DNA of 64,000 bases from Paenibacillus antri (GCF_005765165.1 NZ_VCIW01000004.1:212542-276541); one strand, 5' to 3'. Positions 19,116 to 29,261 are shown, numbered from the stretch's first letter. Notes: generated from the letters alone by a model not told the origin. Made by a program: numbers and translations.

Positions 19116-20531
19116 GTGGTCTGGATATCCATCGATCGGTCGCGAAAGACATCGCTGAAGGAACAAATCATCTCGCAGCTGCGCGCAAGCATCTTGAACG
19201 GCGAGCGGAAGGCCGGCGAACCGCTGCCGTCCACGCGGCAGCTGGCGCTCGATCTGCAAGTGTCGAGGAACATCTTGTTGGAGGCGTACGATCAACTGAC
19301 GGCGGAAGGGTATTTAGAAGGAAAGCGGGGGAGGGGCACGTTCGTCGCGGAAGGCGCGCTTCTCGCCCGATCCGAAACTCCGGCCGCGCCGATAGCGCCG
19401 CTCGTCGAGACGAAGAAGCCCGATATCATTAATTTCCGATCCGGGGTACCCGCATTAGACTTGTTCCCCAGACGGAAATGGTCGCAGCTTGCGCAGCAAG
19501 TGTTGGCATATACGCCCAGCCGGGATTTCGGATACGATTCGCCCGAAGGCAGGTTCGAGTTACGAAGCGCCATCGCCAAATACGTCTATCGGGTCCGCGG
19601 CGTTCGATGCTCCCCGGAGCAGGTGCTGATCACTTCGGGGGCGACCCAAGCGATCACGCTCGTCGCCAAGCTATGCGCGCGAACCGGGGAACCGTTCGTC
19701 CTCGAGGATCCGATCACGAACGATATCCAGACGATCTTCGCCGCGCACGGCGCTCGGCTCGTCCCGCTCCCCGTCGACGAAGCCGGAATCGATCCGAGCG
19801 AGCTGACGCGGGGCGGCGATTGCGGCAGCGTCTATGTCACGCCGTCGCATCAGTACCCTCTCGGCTCCATCCTGCCGATTCAACGACGAGTTCAGCTGAT
19901 CGAATATGCCCGAAGGACAAGCAACTATATTATCGAAGACGATTACGACAGCGAATTCCGCTATGAAGGCGACCCGATTCCTTCGTTGCAGGGGCTGGAT
20001 CCGAATGTCGTCATCTACCTTGGAACGTTCAGCAAGATTTTGTCGCCGGCGTTACGGATCGGATATATGATCTTGCCGTTGCCGCTCATCGAGCGCTGCC
20101 GGCAGCTGAAGTGGTTCAGCGACCTGCATACGCCTTCCTTGGAGCAGCTCATTCTCGCCCGCTTCTTGGAGGAGGGCCATCTCGAACGCCACATCCGACA
20201 AATGAAGAAAGTGTATAAGCGGAGGAGGGACGCGGTAAGAGGATTGTTCACCCGCACATTCGAGGATGACGTTAGGATCTCGGGCGATTCTACAGGACTC
20301 CATCTGATCGCGGAATTCGTCGATACCGAATTCACCGATTCGATCATCCGGCGATTGTATGACGCCGGCGTCTTCGTCCAACCGGTGCGCATTCATTCGG
20401 CGGACGGGCGAGGGCATGGGAATAAGCTGATCATCGGGTACGGCAACTTGCAGGAGCAGGAGCTGGCCGAAGGGATCGACCGGATCCGGAGCGTTCTCGC
20501 CGATATTCGTCGACAACGGCAAACCCGCTAA
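19116..20531 (+). CDS. MocR-type regulator (GntR HTH fused to PLP-dependent aminotransferase-like domain)
   Basis: N-terminal GntR HTH (LPSTRQLALDLQVSRNILLEAYDQL). Fold-type I aminotransferase body. GTG start. Confidence 0.8.
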   Translation: MVWISIDRSRKTSLKEQIISQLRASILNGERKAGEPLPSTRQLALDLQVSRNILLEAYDQLTAEGYLEGKRGRGTFVAEGALLARSETPAAPIAPLVETKKPDIINFRSGVPALDLFPRRKWSQLAQQVLAYTPSRDFGYDSPEGRFELRSAIAKYVYRVRGVRCSPEQVLITSGATQAITLVAKLCARTGEPFVLEDPITNDIQTIFAAHGARLVPLPVDEAGIDPSELTRGGDCGSVYVTPSHQYPLGSILPIQRRVQLIEYARRTSNYIIEDDYDSEFRYEGDPIPSLQGLDPNVVIYLGTFSKILSPALRIGYMILPLPLIERCRQLKWFSDLHTPSLEQLILARFLEEGHLERHIRQMKKVYKRRRDAVRGLFTRTFEDDVRISGDSTGLHLIAEFVDTEFTDSIIRRLYDAGVFVQPVRIHSADGRGHGNKLIIGYGNLQEQELAEGIDRIRSVLADIRRQRQTR

Positions 20532-20704
20532 TTCCGCGGGTTTGTCCCCATAACATCTTGCGAAGATTCGCACCCCTCTTCCCGAGCGACGTCATGCTCA
20601 TCCGCTATCGTCCCCAGACCCCCAGAAATCAACACGCACGCCGCAATGACCCCCAGCGTTAACGCTCCGACAACGATTCGATCGTTCCGATGTTCGATTC
20701 GCAT
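20528..20704 (-). CDS. Small single-TM membrane protein (58 aa), hypothetical
   Basis: ATG preceded by a strong RBS GGAAGGAGATAGAA. One hydrophobic helix (IVVGALTLGVIAACVLISGGL). Its stop overlaps the mocR stop. Not in the ORF track because it is under 60 aa. Confidence 0.3.
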   Translation of the reverse strand: MRIEHRNDRIVVGALTLGVIAACVLISGGLGTIADEHDVAREEGCESSQDVMGTNPRN

Positions 20705-20924
20705 TTCTATCTCCTTCCGTCGCGGCGATACCGCCGCTCTGTCTACGTCAACCGTATCATGCGGACCGAGAAATCAGGAGAGCCACTTCCTTGGAAAACG
20801 AATGGTGCCACCGTGACCGGACTCACTCCTTAGCATTTGTAGGATTCTGTCTCGAGTGCCCAACGTCACAGAGACGAGGGCGCCTTTTCGAATAGGATGG
20901 AAAGGAGAAATCGGAGGGAGTCCA

Positions 20925-21929
20925 TTGATCGAAATCCGTCATGTACATAAAACGTTCCTCGTTGGAGCAGCCCCGTTCGAAGCGCTGCGGGATATCGATC
21001 TCTCCGTTAAGCGGGGAGAAATCTTCGGCATCATCGGCCATTCGGGCGCCGGGAAGAGCACGCTGCTGCGCTGCATCAACGGACTGGAGAAGCCGAGCGC
21101 CGGTACGGTCGCCGTACAGGGCATCGTTCTTTCCGATTGCGCCCCGAAGCGGCTGCAAGTCGAACGGCGGAAGATCGGGATGATCTTCCAGCATTTCCAC
21201 TTACTCTCCTCGGCGACGGTGTTCGAAAACATCGCGTTCCCGATGAGACTGGCGAAAGCGCCTAAAGCGGCCGTCGAAGCGAGAGTCCGCGACCTGGCTT
21301 CGTTGGTCGGGTTGGAATCGCATCTGGCGTATTATCCCGCTCAATTGTCGGGCGGCCAAAAACAACGCGTCGGCATAGCCCGAGCCTTAGCGAACGATCC
21401 CCTCGTTCTGCTGTGCGACGAGGCGACCTCCGCGCTCGATCCGCAGACGACCGACTCGATCCTGCAACTGCTCCTCGAGATCAACGAGAAGCTAGGGTTG
21501 ACGATCGTGCTGATCACGCACGAGATGCACGTCATCCGAGCGATCTGCGACCGCGTAGCGGTCATCGACGGCGGCCGGATCGTGGAGTGCGGCGATGTCG
21601 TAGACGTATTCCTGCGTCCGCAGCATCCGACCACGCGGCAATTCGTTCGCCAAGGGAACGGAGACGGCGAGCTTGCTTCGTTCCGCTCCGCCGCCGGCAC
21701 GATGCTGCGCATTACGTTCCAAGGCGAACAGACGTATGAGCCTTTATTGTTCGACACGGTTCGAGCGACGGGGATGTCCTTCAGCATCCTGCAAGGTTCC
21801 ATCTCCCGCATGAAGCGCATTCCGTACGGTCAATTGATCGTCGAGCTGCACGGGGCGGAGGAGGCCGCGCGCCGGACCGTCGATTCGCTCCGAGGCCGCG
21901 GGCTGGACGTGGAGGTGATGCCATGCTGA
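20925..21929 (+). CDS. metN: Methionine ABC transporter ATP-binding protein
   Basis: Walker A GHSGAGKST, ABC signature LSGGQKQR and a C-terminal NIL regulatory domain. Probable TTG start with RBS GGAGGG. The track ORF start at 20856 is an alternative. Confidence 0.85.
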   Translation: MIEIRHVHKTFLVGAAPFEALRDIDLSVKRGEIFGIIGHSGAGKSTLLRCINGLEKPSAGTVAVQGIVLSDCAPKRLQVERRKIGMIFQHFHLLSSATVFENIAFPMRLAKAPKAAVEARVRDLASLVGLESHLAYYPAQLSGGQKQRVGIARALANDPLVLLCDEATSALDPQTTDSILQLLLEINEKLGLTIVLITHEMHVIRAICDRVAVIDGGRIVECGDVVDVFLRPQHPTTRQFVRQGNGDGELASFRSAAGTMLRITFQGEQTYEPLLFDTVRATGMSFSILQGSISRMKRIPYGQLIVELHGAEEAARRTVDSLRGRGLDVEVMPC

Positions 21930-22582
21930 CGAAGCCGATTCCTTGGGCGGACGTCATGCGGGCCTCGTTCGACACCGCCGTCATGCTTGGCGTCTCCACG
22001 TTGTTTACCGCCGTTATCGGCTTAATCCTTGGCGTGTTAGTGTTTCTATGTTCCGGCGGCCAGCTGCTGGCGAATCGTCCGTTGTATTTGACGCTGTCTG
22101 CGGTTATTAACGTCTTGAGGTCGGTTCCGTTCGTCATCTTGATGATCGCGTTGATTCCCTTCACCCGACTCATCGTCGGCACTTCCATCGGCGCGGCAGG
22201 AACGATTCCGCCGCTCGTCGTCGCGGCGGCTCCGTTCTTCGCGAGAATCGTCGAACAGTCGCTGAGGGAAGTCGACCGCGGGGTGATCGAAGCCGCGCAA
22301 GCGATGGGCGCCTCCCCTTGGCAGATCGTCGCGAAGGTGCTGCTCCCCGAAGCCCGGCCCGGTCTCATCGGCGGGATAACCATTACCTCTATCGCTCTGG
22401 TCGCCTATACGGCTATGTCCGGCATGATCGGCGGGGGCGGGCTGGGGGATTTGGCGATCCGCTACGGGTACCAGCGGTTTCATCCAGGGGTCATGGCGGT
22501 TACCGTCTTCCTGTTGTTAGCGCTCGTGGTTACTCTTCAAACGGCCGGCGACCGCCTGGTCGATCGATTCAAGCGGAAGTAA
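21923..22582 (+). CDS. metI: Methionine ABC transporter permease
   Basis: 5-TM MetI/MetP-type permease overlapping the metN stop. Confidence 0.85.
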   Translation: MLTKPIPWADVMRASFDTAVMLGVSTLFTAVIGLILGVLVFLCSGGQLLANRPLYLTLSAVINVLRSVPFVILMIALIPFTRLIVGTSIGAAGTIPPLVVAAAPFFARIVEQSLREVDRGVIEAAQAMGASPWQIVAKVLLPEARPGLIGGITITSIALVAYTAMSGMIGGGGLGDLAIRYGYQRFHPGVMAVTVFLLLALVVTLQTAGDRLVDRFKRK

Positions 22583-22609
22583 GTCATACGAACATCGGAG
22601 GAAAGATAC

Positions 22610-23428
22610 ATGAAGAGAGGGTTCGTCGTCATCGCATCGATCGCGCTGACGGTCGCCTCCGCCTTATCGGGTTGCGGAGGAGGAGGCGCTCGGACTTCGG
22701 GCGAAGGTGAGATTGCGCTGCGCATCGGCGCCACCGCCGTCCCGCATGCGGAAATACTGAACGCCGCGCGTCCGTTGTTGTCGGAACAAGGCATCGCGCT
22801 GGAAGTGGTCGAGTTCACCGATTACATTCAACCGAACGTGCAAGTGTACGAAAAGCAGCTGGACGCGAACTTCTTCCAGCATCAACCGTATCTCGACCAA
22901 TTCAATCAAGATCACGGCATGGATTTGGCGTCCGTCGGTAGCGTGCACATCGAACCGTTCGGGGCGTATTCGGAAACATGGGACAGCGCCGAGGGGCTGC
23001 CGGACAAGGCGATCGTCGCGATTCCGAACGACCCGACGAACGCGGGGCGCGCGCTGGCGCTCCTGGAGAAGAACGGCCTATTAACGCTGAAGGAAGGCGC
23101 CGGCGTGAACGCCGCCGTCGCCGACATCGCGGCAAATCCCAAAGGACTGGAATTGAAAGAGCTAGAGGCGGCGATGCTTCCCCGCGTAATGGCAGACGTC
23201 GACCTGGCGTTGATTAATACGAACTATGCGCTCGAAGCGGGCTTCGTACCGACCGAAGACGCGCTCTTCCTGGAAGACGGCGATTCGCCGTACGTCAACG
23301 TTGTCGCCGTTCGTTCGGACCGGATACAGGACGCGTCGATCATGGCGTTGATGGAGGCGCTTCGTTCCGACGAGGTCAGAGACTTTATCCTTGAACAGTA
23401 CGAAGGTTCCATTATTCCCGTAGATTAA
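22610..23428 (+). CDS. metQ: MetQ/NlpA family methionine-binding lipoprotein
   Basis: Lipobox LSGCGGG. NlpA family body. Confidence 0.85.
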   Translation: MKRGFVVIASIALTVASALSGCGGGGARTSGEGEIALRIGATAVPHAEILNAARPLLSEQGIALEVVEFTDYIQPNVQVYEKQLDANFFQHQPYLDQFNQDHGMDLASVGSVHIEPFGAYSETWDSAEGLPDKAIVAIPNDPTNAGRALALLEKNGLLTLKEGAGVNAAVADIAANPKGLELKELEAAMLPRVMADVDLALINTNYALEAGFVPTEDALFLEDGDSPYVNVVAVRSDRIQDASIMALMEALRSDEVRDFILEQYEGSIIPVD

Positions 23429-23453
23429 CCTGGAGTTAGGAGTGGACCGGAAC

Positions 23454-23993
23454 ATGAGGAAACTATGGTTGTCGGCGGCCGGACTGGCGATCGTCGCTCT
23501 CGCGGTATATTTCGTCGGAACGAACGATGGATCGAACGTCGCCTCGAAGAACATCGACGAACAAAGGTTGAAACAAATCGTGAGCGAATACAGCGCGGGC
23601 GTCCGAACGGCGGCATCCGCATCGATCTCCTCCGATCGGTTGACCGTCGTGTCCGGAGACGACGTAACGACCGAATACCCCTTGCCGAAGGATGAATTTT
23701 TCCTCTCCATCGCGCCTTATATCGAAAATACCCATCCTTGCGCCATTCACAGCTTAACCGGTTGCCGCGGAGAGTTGGCGAACATGTCGTTCGACGTGAC
23801 GATCGAGGACAGCGACGGCCGGACGGTATTCGATCGCGCGGTGACCTCCCAACCGAACGGCTTCATCGACTTGTGGCTGCCCCGAGACGATAAGTATCGT
23901 GTCACGATCGAGCGGGACGGGTTGTCGACGACGTCGACCATCTCGACGTTCGAAGGCGATAATACCTGTATTGCGACCATGCGATTATCTTGA
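23454..23993 (+). CDS. CueP-like metal-binding protein (putative)
   Basis: N-terminal TM/signal anchor. Cys/His cluster HPCAIHSLTGCRGEL and a C-terminal Cys, reminiscent of the CueP family. Assignment is from memory, not a search. Confidence 0.45.
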   Translation: MRKLWLSAAGLAIVALAVYFVGTNDGSNVASKNIDEQRLKQIVSEYSAGVRTAASASISSDRLTVVSGDDVTTEYPLPKDEFFLSIAPYIENTHPCAIHSLTGCRGELANMSFDVTIEDSDGRTVFDRAVTSQPNGFIDLWLPRDDKYRVTIERDGLSTTSTISTFEGDNTCIATMRLS

Positions 23994-24177
23994 GGAACGC
24001 GAACATCCCGCCGGGGAGAGCAGCGGGACGTCTTCCGTTGGATTCAAGGCTCCGCGTCGTCAACGTACGCCGCTGCATAACGTACTCTCCATCGTACCAG
24101 ACGTCGTGTTACAATGGGGGCATCATCCGAGGATCGCTCGACTTGTAGAACCCGCTGCTTGGGAAGGAGTGGATGTT

Positions 24178-25062
24178 ATGCGATTACCGATTATCGTAGC
24201 CCCCATGTTTCTGGTATCCAGCCCCCGAATGGTGATCGAGAGCTGTCGAGCAGGCGTGATCGGGGCGATCCCGCTTCTGAACGCGCGTACGCCGGACATT
24301 TGCGCGGAATGGTTATCGGAAATCCAAGAAGCGTTGCCGACGGAGACGTGGGGCGTCAATATCATCTGCCACCGCGGAGAAAACCCTCGGTTCGACGACG
24401 ACCTGGCCTTGATCGAAGCGTACCGGCCGCCTCTGGTCATTAGCTCGTTGGGCAACCCGGCGGCGATCGTCGAGACGGTGCATCGGTATGGCGGGAAGGT
24501 GTACGCCGACGTCATCTCCGAGAAGCATGCCCGGAAGGCGGCGAAGGCGGGCGTGGACGGCTTAATCCTGGTGTGCGCCGGTGCCGGAGGTCATGGGGGT
24601 CGATTGCATCCTTTCGCCTTCGTGCATGCGGTGAAGGCGTTCTACGAAGGAACGATCGTGCTCGCGGGCGCCGTCTCGACGGGAGCGGACATCGCTGCTG
24701 CGAGGGTCGTCGGAGCCGATTATGTGTACATGGGGACCCGGTTTCTCGCGGCCGACGAAGGGAGCGCTTCCGACGCGTTTAAGGAGATGGTGATGCAAAG
24801 CTCCATCGAAGACATCGTCTATACGGATGCGGTTACCGGCGTGCACGCGAACTTCTTGCTGCCCTCGCTGCAAGCGAGCAATATCGATATCGCCGCTCCG
24901 GGCCGGGGGAAAGCGGATATGGCGGGGATGACGGAACACAAAGCGTGGAAGGCGATCTTCTCCGCGGGCCAAGGCGTCGGGGCGGTTCGAGAACGGCAAT
25001 CCGTCCGGGACATCGTCGCGCAATTGACGAGAGAATATGAGGAAGCGCGTCAGCGGATCTAG
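24178..25062 (+). CDS. Nitronate monooxygenase / NAD(P)H-dependent flavin oxidoreductase (NMO family)
   Basis: MRLPIIVAPMFLVSSP... with GLILVCAGAGGHGG (FMN TIM-barrel). RBS GGAAGGAG. Confidence 0.8.
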   Translation: MRLPIIVAPMFLVSSPRMVIESCRAGVIGAIPLLNARTPDICAEWLSEIQEALPTETWGVNIICHRGENPRFDDDLALIEAYRPPLVISSLGNPAAIVETVHRYGGKVYADVISEKHARKAAKAGVDGLILVCAGAGGHGGRLHPFAFVHAVKAFYEGTIVLAGAVSTGADIAAARVVGADYVYMGTRFLAADEGSASDAFKEMVMQSSIEDIVYTDAVTGVHANFLLPSLQASNIDIAAPGRGKADMAGMTEHKAWKAIFSAGQGVGAVRERQSVRDIVAQLTREYEEARQRI

Positions 25063-25171
25063 CCATCTCTAAGGTACGCGTCGTCGCCGACGCTCCAGCA
25101 CGCACGAGCGTTTCATGCGGACGGCCGGGATATACCGCAATTGGTCCATCAGCAGTCTATGTAAACCGCGG

Positions 25172-25204
25172 ACAGAGGGGGGAAGCCTCCTCTGTTTTTT
25201 TTTA
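25172..25204 (+). terminator. Rho-independent terminator
   Basis: CAGAGGGGGGAAGCCTCCTCTG hairpin followed by T9. Confidence 0.75.
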
Positions 25205-25301
25205 TGTTCGTTAGAATTCTCTAGACCGCTCCGCCATGACCCGAAGAGCACCCATCTGGGCACTTGTGCATACGATGCAAGTAGTAAAGGTGGTGAATCG
25301 C

Positions 25302-26123
25302 TTGAAGGCCGACAACAGCGAACATCGTCCGTCACCTATGGAACTCGAACAACTGGAATGGCGAAGAGCGGAACGAAGGCGAAGACATCAGCAGTGGTTG
25401 ACCGTCTCGTCCCCGATCCTCATTTTGGCGCTCTGGGAGCTGCTATCGCGCACGTCGCTGATCGACCCTCGATTTTTCCCGCCGCCGACCAGCATCCTTC
25501 GGACGTTCTGGGACTTGACAGTCAACGGCGTACTGCTCGCCCATGTGGGCATCAGCTTAACGAGGATCGTTCTCGGATTTCTGGTTGGAACGATTCCCGG
25601 CGTCGTCATCGGCTTGCTCATGGGCATGTACCGGCCGTTCCGTTCGTTCTTCTCGCCGCTCCTGATGGCGCTGATGCCGATCCCGACCTTGGCGCTTATG
25701 CCGCTTATTCTGATCGTCTTCGGCATCGGCGAGATGTCGAAGGTGATGACGATCGCGGGGAGCGTCTTCTTTCCCGTCGTCATCAACACCGCCGCCGGCG
25801 TCGCGAATATCGACCGCGCCTATATCGACGTCGCCAACAACTATGGCGCCGGCCCCAAGGAATTCTTCCTCCGGATCGCCTTGCCGGGCGCGCTTCCCGT
25901 CATGTTGGAGGGCGTGCAGATGGGGCAGGCGATCGCGCTGCTGACCATCGTCGCGGCCGAAATGATCGGCGCGAACCAAGGGATCGGCTATCTGATCTGG
26001 AGCTCGTATAAAGTGTTCAATTTTAACCCGATGTACGTGGGCTTGATCCTGATCTCTTTCTTCGGCTTTACGTTCTCCATCTTGCTGCGCCGGCTTCAAT
26101 CGAAGCTGGTGCCTTGGCAATAA
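25302..26123 (+). CDS. ABC transporter permease (NitT/TauT family, SsuC-like)
   Basis: 6-TM permease. Probable TTG start after RBS AAAGGTGG. The track ORF begins at 25236. Confidence 0.75.
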   Translation: MKADNSEHRPSPMELEQLEWRRAERRRRHQQWLTVSSPILILALWELLSRTSLIDPRFFPPPTSILRTFWDLTVNGVLLAHVGISLTRIVLGFLVGTIPGVVIGLLMGMYRPFRSFFSPLLMALMPIPTLALMPLILIVFGIGEMSKVMTIAGSVFFPVVINTAAGVANIDRAYIDVANNYGAGPKEFFLRIALPGALPVMLEGVQMGQAIALLTIVAAEMIGANQGIGYLIWSSYKVFNFNPMYVGLILISFFGFTFSILLRRLQSKLVPWQ

Positions 26124-26138
26124 CGAGGGGGGATTACC

Positions 26139-26921
26139 TTGACGAAAGAGACGAAAATTACGGTTGACCGTCTGACGAAAGCCTTTTACAGGAAAGACCG
26201 GCACGTGACCGCGCTGGAAAACATCTCGATGGAAGTCGAAGACGGAGAGTTCGTCTGCCTCGTCGGTCCGAGCGGGTGCGGCAAGACGACGCTGCTGCGC
26301 ATTCTCGCGGATTTGGAGACGCCGAGCGCGGGCAGTTATACGATTCGACGGACGGATCCGAATAAACCGCTGCAATCGATGGTGTTTCAGGAAAACGGGA
26401 TCATCCCTTGGATGACCGTGTGGGACAATGTCGCCTTCGGCTTGCAGATGCGGCATCTGCCGAAGAAATGGATCGCCGAGCGAGTAGAGCACTATTTAGA
26501 AAAGGTTGGGCTGCGCCAGTTCTCGAAGCTGTATCCGAAGGAGCTGTCCGGCGGCATGAAGCAGCGAGTCAATATCGCGCGCGCCTTCGCCAACGATCCG
26601 GAAATTTTATTAATGGATGAACCGTTCGCCGCTCTCGACGAACAGAACAAATTTTTATTGCAGAAGGAATTGCTCAATATTTGGGAGGAGGACCGAAAGA
26701 CCGTCCTCTTTATTACGCATAGCATCGATGAGGCGCTCATGTTGAGCGACCGCGTCATTTTACTATCGGCGCATCCGGGCAGGATCGCGGGGGAGATGCG
26801 AGTGGATCTCCCGCGCCCGCGGACGATGGAGCAAATTCGCTCTCATCCGCATATGTCGGATACGTTCGTTCACATATGGAATCACCTCCAACGCGAGGTA
26901 CAAAGCACTAGAGCGCATTAG
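26139..26921 (+). CDS. ABC transporter ATP-binding protein (NitT/TauT family, SsuB-like)
   Basis: Walker [10 protein letters not shown]. Signature [11 protein letters not shown] start. Confidence 0.85.
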   Translation: MTKETKITVDRLTKAFYRKDRHVTALENISMEVEDGEFVCLVGPSGCGKTTLLRILADLETPSAGSYTIRRTDPNKPLQSMVFQENGIIPWMTVWDNVAFGLQMRHLPKKWIAERVEHYLEKVGLRQFSKLYPKELSGGMKQRVNIARAFANDPEILLMDEPFAALDEQNKFLLQKELLNIWEEDRKTVLFITHSIDEALMLSDRVILLSAHPGRIAGEMRVDLPRPRTMEQIRSHPHMSDTFVHIWNHLQREVQSTRAH

Positions 26922-26932
26922 CGAAAGGAAAG

Positions 26933-28021
26933 ATGACTATGAAACGATGGGCCATGATGTGCTTCGCCGCGACGCTTCTCCTCGTTGCCGTCCTGACGGG
27001 CTGCAGCCAAGAGCGCACGGCGCCGGTCGACGAGCCGGGCAGCCCCTCCGCCAGCGGCGACCTGGAGCCGCTTAAGGAGAAAACGAAAGTCGTTATCGCG
27101 GAAGACGGCGCCGCGTCCGGCGCGGGCTTCTATATCGCGGAAAGCAAAGGCTATTTCGCCGAGTATAACATCGAGGTCGAATTCGCGACGTTCGCGAACA
27201 GCGACGAGATGCTTCCGGCGCTGGCGATCGGGGAGATCGACGTGGCCGGCGGCGTCTCGACCGCGTCGTTCTTCAACTCGATCGCGCAAGGCATCGACGT
27301 CCGAATGATCGCCGACAAGGGGCATAACCGGAAAGGCGAATCGTACTTCACGTTCGTCGTCGACAAGGAGCAAGAGGGAACGATCAAGGATTATAAGGAT
27401 CTTAAAGGAAAACGGGTTGCGGTCTCGTCGGAAAACGCGGTCGACGACTACATTTTCCAATCGATGCTCGATCATGCCGGACTAACCCGCGACGATGTCG
27501 AATTCGTGCTCATTCCCGACTTCGCCAACATGCTCGCCGGGATGGAGACGAACTCGCTCGATGCGGCGCTGCAGATCGAACCGCTCATTACGCGTGGCGC
27601 CGCGGAAGGCATTCATGCGAAGTTCCTGGACGCGACCGATTTCGCTCCGGAGGCGCAGATCGCCATGGTGCTCGCCTCGCCGGAGTTCGTCACGGAGAAG
27701 CGGGACGTAGCGATACGATTCATGCTTGCTTACCTGAAAGGATTGCGCGATTATAACGATGCGTTCGTGAAGGACGTCGGCGACAAGGAAGGCGTCATCC
27801 GCATTATGACGGAATACACCGCGCTGAAGGACGCCGCGCTCTGGGAGCGGGTGAACGTGACGGGGCTGAACCCGAACGGCGCTATGTTCGTCGACGATAT
27901 CAAAGCGCAATACGAGTGGTACAAAGAAAGAGGCGCGTTAATCAAGGACATCGACGTGGATGCGGCCATCGACGCGACTTTGGCGGAAGAAGCGGTCGAG
28001 ATCCTGGGGGAATATCGATAA
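26933..28021 (+). CDS. ABC transporter substrate-binding lipoprotein (NMT1/THI5 / SsuA-like)
   Basis: Lipobox LTGCSQE. Periplasmic binding fold of the sulfonate/nitrate/taurine family. Confidence 0.8.
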   Translation: MTMKRWAMMCFAATLLLVAVLTGCSQERTAPVDEPGSPSASGDLEPLKEKTKVVIAEDGAASGAGFYIAESKGYFAEYNIEVEFATFANSDEMLPALAIGEIDVAGGVSTASFFNSIAQGIDVRMIADKGHNRKGESYFTFVVDKEQEGTIKDYKDLKGKRVAVSSENAVDDYIFQSMLDHAGLTRDDVEFVLIPDFANMLAGMETNSLDAALQIEPLITRGAAEGIHAKFLDATDFAPEAQIAMVLASPEFVTEKRDVAIRFMLAYLKGLRDYNDAFVKDVGDKEGVIRIMTEYTALKDAALWERVNVTGLNPNGAMFVDDIKAQYEWYKERGALIKDIDVDAAIDATLAEEAVEILGEYR

Positions 28022-28030
28022 GCATGAGGA

Positions 28031-28060
28031 AAAGCATCCGGAAGGGTGCTTTTTTCGTTT
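28031..28060 (+). terminator. Rho-independent terminator candidate
   Basis: GCATCC...GGGTGC hairpin followed by TTTTTTCGTTTT. Confidence 0.5.
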
Positions 28061-28238
28061 TCGCAAAATTCATACTATGGTCGGATTTTTTCATTTTCCG
28101 CCCACGATCCGCGTGGATTTGGAATATATCGACAAACAATATCATATTCTTCTCAGACAAAGTGACAAGCTTCTCGAGAACGTTTGTGTACAATCTTATT
28201 AATTCAAATCCGAACGAATCCAAAAGGTGGGTGGGACA

Positions 28239-29261
28239 ATGCGCAATCAAGTGAAACATTACTCGATAAAGGGGATTCTCTGCTTGACGCTGCTCTTCAC
28301 GATGGGTCTGGATTTCGGAATCTCGAATTATAATCCGACGGACGCCGCTTCGGTACCGTCCGCGGTCGGCGATACATCGATTTCGGCGATAGACGACCAA
28401 CCCCCGTACACTCCGCGGCAGCTTCCTCCTCTCGAATTAACCGGCGGACAAGCCGCCCCTCCCGCCTCCCATAACGTCGCTCAGCCGAAGGATGAAATCG
28501 AACCTGTTCCTTCGATCGAACCGGCGGCCGTCTATGAAGTCACCGCGTATTTCCTCAACGTACGAGCCGCTGCCGCGAATACGTCCGAGATTCTGGACGT
28601 CGTGTCGCAAGGCACCGCGCTCGAAGTCGTCCGGCCGACCGATAATGGATGGCTGGAGCTGAAGAGCGGGGGATACGTCCATGGGAAGTACGCGAAAGCG
28701 ATCGCGGCTTCCGGAGAAACGAAGAAGTCTTCCGAGGTGTCGATTCTTTCGGCCGAACCGAGCGCATCGAAAGCGGTCGCAGCCGAGCCTTCCCCCGAGC
28801 CGAAGAAGCCGGAGGACAGCCCTGAGAAACCGACGTCTTCCGTCACGTCCGATTCGGGGCTGACGGAATCGCATATCGCCGAATTATTCGAAGGCACTCC
28901 CCTGGAAGGGCAGGGCCTGGAGAAAGCTGTCTTAGCGGTAGAGGAGGAGTACGGCATCAACTCCTACTTCATCATTGCCGTCATGAAGCTGGAGAGCGGC
29001 CACGGGAAGAGCAAGATCGCAAAGAACAAGAACAATCTGTTCGGCCTCAATGCCACTGGGAAAAATCCGTATAAAAACGCCTTAAGCTTCGAAACCAAGG
29101 GCGAAAGCGTCGAGAAATTCGGACAAATCATCGCCGACTTTTACGTCGACAAGGGTTTAACCAGCATCGAGAAGGTCGCGCGCAAATACTGTCCGGCGAA
29201 TTCCAAATGGCCTTCCTTGGTGAAAAATATTATGAACCGCGACTATAAAAAGATCGCTTAG
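28239..29261 (+). CDS. Cell-wall hydrolase: SH3b-like domain + mannosyl-glycoprotein endo-β-N-acetylglucosaminidase (LytD-type) domain
   Basis: Signal peptide. SH3-like segment (VTAYFLNVRAAA...WLELKSGGYVHGKY). Low-complexity linker. Glucosaminidase motifs (YGINSYFIIAVMKLESGHG, NLFGLNATG). Confidence 0.75.
   Translation: MRNQVKHYSIKGILCLTLLFTMGLDFGISNYNPTDAASVPSAVGDTSISAIDDQPPYTPRQLPPLELTGGQAAPPASHNVAQPKDEIEPVPSIEPAAVYEVTAYFLNVRAAAANTSEILDVVSQGTALEVVRPTDNGWLELKSGGYVHGKYAKAIAASGETKKSSEVSILSAEPSASKAVAAEPSPEPKKPEDSPEKPTSSVTSDSGLTESHIAELFEGTPLEGQGLEKAVLAVEEEYGINSYFIIAVMKLESGHGKSKIAKNKNNLFGLNATGKNPYKNALSFETKGESVEKFGQIIADFYVDKGLTSIEKVARKYCPANSKWPSLVKNIMNRDYKKIA

Noticed and set aside
20705-20924. 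SAM-I (S-box) or Met T-box riboswitch upstream of metN
   Set aside because: Only a short AAUGGUGCCA resemblance to the SAM-I P4 region and a poor match to the T-box 14-mer. The GGCCC / GCAACC core is absent, so it is not called.
20856-20924. Upstream extension of metN (track ORF start at 20856)
   Set aside because: The extra 23 residues (MPNVTETRAPFRIGWKGEIGGSP) have no RBS and are not part of ABC ATPases. A TTG with a GGAGGG RBS at 20925 starts the conserved sequence.
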